This document shows, piece after piece, positions 60,114-64,000 of a stretch of 64,000 nt of DNA. A program made the position numbers and the translations under genes. This stretch comes from a virus (lineage: Duplodnaviria; Caudoviricetes). The stretch's first letter is position 1. Each line of letters begins with the position of its first letter. The stretch lies in the IMG/VR virus record IMGVR_UViG_3300033463_000054, positions 30,898 to 94,897 of that record; one strand, 5' to 3'. Below the pieces are notes generated by a model, which was given only the letters and a program-made list of their open reading frames with translations, searched no databases and was not told the DNA's origin.

Positions 60114-60677
60114 TCACTTGTCAAGTAACATTGCAGTTAATACTCTATACGACTTCTGTATCATCATCGCATGATTTTTTCTAAGATATTCAATATTAGC
60201 TTTGTTCGAACCGTTGAGTACATCAAGTACGCCTACCATATCGTCGGTAGCAAGTGAAGTTTGAATCTTTACATCATTAGCTCTCTTGTATCCCTCTTCA
60301 CAAGATATAACAATTCTGTCGTCCCAATCAAGAGGATATCTCATCTGCATACGGGCAATGTTTCTACCAAGTTCATACATGCATATTGGCTGATCACTTT
60401 CCCCGCCACAGAAATACATCGAGAAAATATCACAGGCTTCAAGAGCATGGAACTCCCACTCGATCTGCTCATGTGCTGCATTAGGATCACCTATAGGAAA
60501 GTTCTCACGTCTCGGGTTAAATATCACGAGATTCTTAGTAGACTCTTCGGACATGCTCGACAGAATATCAATAACCTCTTTCTGCCAATCAGGACACTTG
60601 CAAATTCCACCAGCAAGGAATACTGCTATTTCATCTCCATCAAGTTCCCAAGATTCAGGTGCTGTAATTACTCTCAT
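60114..60677 (-). CDS. Nucleoside 2-deoxyribosyltransferase-like protein
   Basis: VFLAGGI, PDWQ, FNPRR, QIEWE, YELG. Confidence 0.8.
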   Translation of the reverse strand: MRVITAPESWELDGDEIAVFLAGGICKCPDWQKEVIDILSSMSEESTKNLVIFNPRRENFPIGDPNAAHEQIEWEFHALEACDIFSMYFCGGESDQPICMYELGRNIARMQMRYPLDWDDRIVISCEEGYKRANDVKIQTSLATDDMVGVLDVLNGSNKANIEYLRKNHAMMIQKSYRVLTAMLLDK

Positions 60678-60696
60678 AAATCGTTACCTCCAAATA

Positions 60697-61672
60697 TCAT
60701 TTTCCAAATAAATCTTTATACGATTTGATAAGCCAGCTAATCAGTCGACGAATATCATACATCTTATAGCATATGTCATATTTCTTTCCATCGACTTCTA
60801 TAGCAAGTTTAATATGCCAACCATTGCTTCTGGACATTGTAAATATCACAGGCGGATCGTCATACCATATGCGAGCGTTGTCATATGTATGGATTTCGGT
60901 TTCTTTGTCTTTAACATCCTTATCATAGTCAAATGTTTCAAGTGCACCGTTTTCGCATTTCCAGAACATTAAATATCATTCTTTCTTATTAGCAAGATCG
61001 TATCCAACGTGATACTTATTACCCTTAAAATCCTTAGCAGGGCTCTCCACGTTACCGGTCTTCTCTGCCTCGATCGATGTCCTTTCTTCTGTCTTTTCAT
61101 CTTCTACCTCTTTGACCTCCTTCTTGTTGGTCATACGTTTTTCCAGACGAATATCAATAGATATCTTGTAAAGCTCTTTAGTCCCAAAGAGTCTGTGGAA
61201 ACTAGCAGTCACAGCTCGGAGTATCGTATCATAGAGGTCACTACGATTGTTAAGATCCTTGTCTGTAATATCAAGATGTATCTTCTCAGGTGCGGGCTTG
61301 TCAACATTAAAGAATTCTTTTATCATGGTTAATCTTCTCCTTTTTATAGTTTCAATTTCTTCTATCTGAAATATCATTATTTACTGCCTCAAGTCCAAGA
61401 CTTTCACGAACTGCGTTAGGTATGATGGCTTCACACGACATTGGAACGTTTGAAATATCAATTTCGTCATCATCGTCTATCCCAGCCAGTGTAGCCAGAT
61501 TACCAGTAAGCACCTGACCACGACCGATATAGACAGTTGCTATTTCGTTGTCTATCACGGTAACTGGTTTAGATGCTTCCCTGTTTTGTTCAGCCAAATA
61601 CTTGAACCCCTCGAAAATATCATTACGTTTCTCGAGTGAGGGTTTGGTGTTTACATACTTTTTCTTATGCAT
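60697..61672 (-). other. Three hypothetical CDS (60697-60969, 60976-61326, 61352-61672)
   Basis: ORF track plus RBS. Confidence 0.6.
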
Positions 61673-61673
61673 G

Positions 61674-62294
61674 TCATGTCTCCTGTGTTTCGATGTCGTC
61701 GAATACGATAGGTATGCGGTTATGAAGTTCGTCAAATATCAACTGTGCTACCTCTCTCATTTGAGGATGTGCCCTGTTCGACAAACGAAGCTTAAAGAAA
61801 TGTCTCCACTCTCTAAGATTCATAGACATAATAATCTCAGTCTTGAGTGAGTTCGGCAAAATATCACGAGCTTCTTCAGGTCTACATCTAAGACCGTTTA
61901 CAAGGAATATATAAGTCTCTTCGGCATTCTTCATTGAGTTATACCAAACTTCATATTCCTTACTTCCTTCATCCCAGAAACAAGGCTTGATAAATATCAT
62001 TTCGCCTGTGTATGAGCAATACCTAGAGCTTTCTTGTGAATATGATGCAAGCCTATGACGTACAATCTCATGACTTATACCTCTATCGCATACGACTCTT
62101 ACAGTGATCTTTGCATGCTCCAGTACGCTCTCATGTCCACTCTTGATTATTGACTTCACGAACCTCTGAGCGCTATCCTCGGTGATCTTGTCTTCGCTCT
62201 TATAGCATACTCGACCACATAGTTCGATCAGCTTTAAAATATCAAGGCCATCTGGACAATCCAGCACCTCGATATATGGTTTAATTATCCTCAT
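61674..62294 (-). CDS. thyX: FAD-dependent thymidylate synthase
   Basis: GHESVLEH, RHRLASYSQESSRY (RHR-x7-S motif), EEARDILP, NLREWRHF. Confidence 0.95.
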   Translation of the reverse strand: MRIIKPYIEVLDCPDGLDILKLIELCGRVCYKSEDKITEDSAQRFVKSIIKSGHESVLEHAKITVRVVCDRGISHEIVRHRLASYSQESSRYCSYTGEMIFIKPCFWDEGSKEYEVWYNSMKNAEETYIFLVNGLRCRPEEARDILPNSLKTEIIMSMNLREWRHFFKLRLSNRAHPQMREVAQLIFDELHNRIPIVFDDIETQET

Positions 62295-62496
62295 AGTTCT
62301 TTATCACTTCCTCAAGCTTTTCTATTTTTTGTTCTAATCCTTTAACTTTTATTCTGCATTCGACAAGAGCTGAATTGTAACCATTATTAAACATCCATTT
62401 ACCATATTCTTTAACACCTTTTTTACGTATTATCTTGAAATATTGATCAGTTGATTCAAAGAAGTGCATGGGATTAGTGTCTTTGGTTTCAAGCAT
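62281..62496 (-). CDS. Hypothetical protein sharing a segment with 63484-63855
   Basis: DTNP.HF...G.WM.NNGYN in both. Confidence 0.65.
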   Translation of the reverse strand: MLETKDTNPMHFFESTDQYFKIIRKKGVKEYGKWMFNNGYNSALVECRIKVKGLEQKIEKLEEVIKNYEDN

Positions 62497-62502
62497 TAAA
62501 TA

Positions 62503-62733
62503 TCACTCCTTTGGCGGTTCGGGAAGTGGCATCCAGTGGGTGACTAATTCACCATAATTCCACCAAAGATAATCTGTATTATCTGCAATCCAGTCCACCT
62601 GTACACCATATTTTGCAGAATATACAAGGACTTCCTCATACTTTTCGGGTAACCTGTCTTTGACTGATACCCAGTAAATTTGTATTTTGATACGTTTGCC
62701 GTCTTTTGTAGTAATCCATTTACTTTTACTCAC
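62503..62733 (-). CDS. DUF551 protein
   Basis: WVSVKDRLPE...VTHWMPLPEPP; GTG start. Confidence 0.85.
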   Translation of the reverse strand: MSKSKWITTKDGKRIKIQIYWVSVKDRLPEKYEEVLVYSAKYGVQVDWIADNTDYLWWNYGELVTHWMPLPEPPKE

Positions 62734-62927
62734 AAATATCACTCTCCTTTGGTGGTTCGGGTAACGGCATCCAGTGGGTAACATCCGAAGAACTTAAAAA
62801 TTGTTCTCCACCAGTCAGAAGATAACTGTCAAAAAAAATCAATAACCACTCCTTTTTTATTAGAATAGACTAAAACTACAGTGTTTGGTTCGGGCATCCT
62901 GTCTTTTACAGATATCCATCCGCTCAT
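62726..62927 (-). pseudogene. Frameshifted DUF551 gene
   Basis: MSGWISVKDRMPE... stops after a T8 run; VTHWMPLPEPP continues in another frame. Confidence 0.8.
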
Positions 62928-63235
62928 TCTGCATCACTCTCACTTTCGGGCATAGGCGGTAAAGGCATCCAATGGGTTACGTCACGAGTAACAACGTCAT
63001 GCATTACCATCCAGTCTTTGTATTGAGCATTATAAAGCGCTACGAAACGACCTTTCATTGTGTGAGAATATCCAAGACCCGGAAATGAAAATTCGTGTTG
63101 AACTATAACAAGATACTCGCCGTCGTACTTCGGCAACTCATTGTCGACAGATTTCCACTGATACGTGTTAATCTCAGCACGACATCTTTCTAGTTCCTCT
63201 TGTTCATCTCTTCTAATAAGTCTATCGATGTCCAT
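62924..63235 (-). CDS. DUF551 protein
   Basis: WKSVDNELP...VTHWMPLPPMP. Confidence 0.85.
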   Translation of the reverse strand: MDIDRLIRRDEQEELERCRAEINTYQWKSVDNELPKYDGEYLVIVQHEFSFPGLGYSHTMKGRFVALYNAQYKDWMVMHDVVTRDVTHWMPLPPMPESESDAE

Positions 63236-63240
63236 AAATA

Positions 63241-63480
63241 TCAATCTCTCCTCAACGTATCTATGATCCAATCCATCTCGCTACGATTAAATATCAAGTT
63301 CTTAGTATCAGGTTCTGTCATCTCTCTAATAAACTCTTCATGACAATCATTACGGCTATTCTCTTTAGCTAGCGCATAGGTAGTGATAGTAACATGAAAG
63401 TCAATAGATTCATCAAGGGTGCCATATTGCTCTCTAATATTACGTATGAACTTTCGACGATTAGATTTCTTGCTCATCAA
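63241..63480 (-). CDS. Hypothetical protein
   Basis: 79-aa ORF with RBS. Confidence 0.6.
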   Translation of the reverse strand: MMSKKSNRRKFIRNIREQYGTLDESIDFHVTITTYALAKENSRNDCHEEFIREMTEPDTKNLIFNRSEMDWIIDTLRRD

Positions 63481-63483
63481 ATA

Positions 63484-63855
63484 TCACTCCTTGCTCCCCG
63501 CAATAGGTTTGCCGCAGTATGGGCAAAAGTTATAATCAAACTGCTCTGGTCGCATATAGTATGCTCTGCTAACTGTGCATCCGCACACAGCACATTCAAA
63601 TTGATTTGCATACCCTCTTGTATCTGTGGCTATCGGCTTAAACGTAGTTGTTTCGTGCTCTTGCGGAATACAATATGTGTTTACTTTTGTTTGCAGATTA
63701 ACAAGACCTACATTATATCCGTTGTTCCACATCCAATTACCAAAACTACTAATTTTCTCATCGTGCATATACGGTATAAAATTTTCGTGGTGATTGAAAT
63801 GTTCGGGGTTAGTGTCGTGTGTCAGTTCCTCAACCCAAAAGTCTACATTATTCAT
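63484..63855 (-). CDS. Zn-ribbon protein
   Basis: FECAVCG...YNFCPYCG. Confidence 0.75.
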   Translation of the reverse strand: MNNVDFWVEELTHDTNPEHFNHHENFIPYMHDEKISSFGNWMWNNGYNVGLVNLQTKVNTYCIPQEHETTTFKPIATDTRGYANQFECAVCGCTVSRAYYMRPEQFDYNFCPYCGKPIAGSKE

Positions 63856-64000
63856 TCTGTATCACTCCTTAACAACCAGCTTAGCATTTACTTTTCTAAA
63901 AGTCCATTTGTTGCCCGGTCTATCTAATTCGTGTTCATAATAAATTTTACCGCTTTCTTTACTATTCATACTTATCGAACCGAGTACGGTGAAACATTTA

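Noticed and set aside
1-64000. Long plus-strand ORFs (e.g. 11753-12655, 21523-22305, 22375-23385, 24022-25101, 58590-59036)
   Set aside because: All overlap well-supported minus-strand genes and show no recognisable motifs; the RLAPY repeat is the antisense of the pentapeptide tract.
1-64000. DGR reverse transcriptase, integrase, lysis genes, DNA polymerase, tRNAs
   Set aside because: None recognised in the window. The DFDGD protein is not an RT (no YxDD context). Lifestyle cannot be determined from this window.

Overview
A 64 kb piece of a tailed siphovirus-type phage genome, probably infecting a Firmicute (inferred from AT-richness and GGAGG ribosome-binding sites). Essentially all real genes are on the minus strand. 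The left part (1-39.2 kb) is the morphogenesis arm: putative small terminase, large terminase, portal, protease-capsid fusion, tail genes, a 2820-aa tape measure and three paralogous receptor-binding proteins. Two of those three are targets of a diversity-generating retroelement (DGR). The 5' part of its template repeat is at 1-55 and differs from both variable repeats only at adenines; the reverse transcriptase is outside the window. A candidate cos site lies at 39211-39219. To its right are a 971-aa protein with a two-barrel RNA polymerase catalytic motif (ADFDGD) plus HTH domains, two nucleases, a candidate origin, and about 20 kb of small early-type genes including thyX. Less familiar signals: (1) ten copies of a fixed 27-bp non-sigma70 promoter-like motif that may serve the phage RNA polymerase; (2) a shared hydrophobic-x-His motif in the capsid scaffold and about ten other proteins including the polymerase, suggesting protease-processed virion cargo; (3) two strand-polarised octamers that split the genome into halves (TCAAAATG left, TGATATTT right); (4) three intergenic structured RNAs, two of which clearly present anti-Shine-Dalgarno loops; (5) a six-gene Cys/Gly-rich module inside the head cluster. 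All counts were made by eye and all family assignments come from motif recognition, not database searches.
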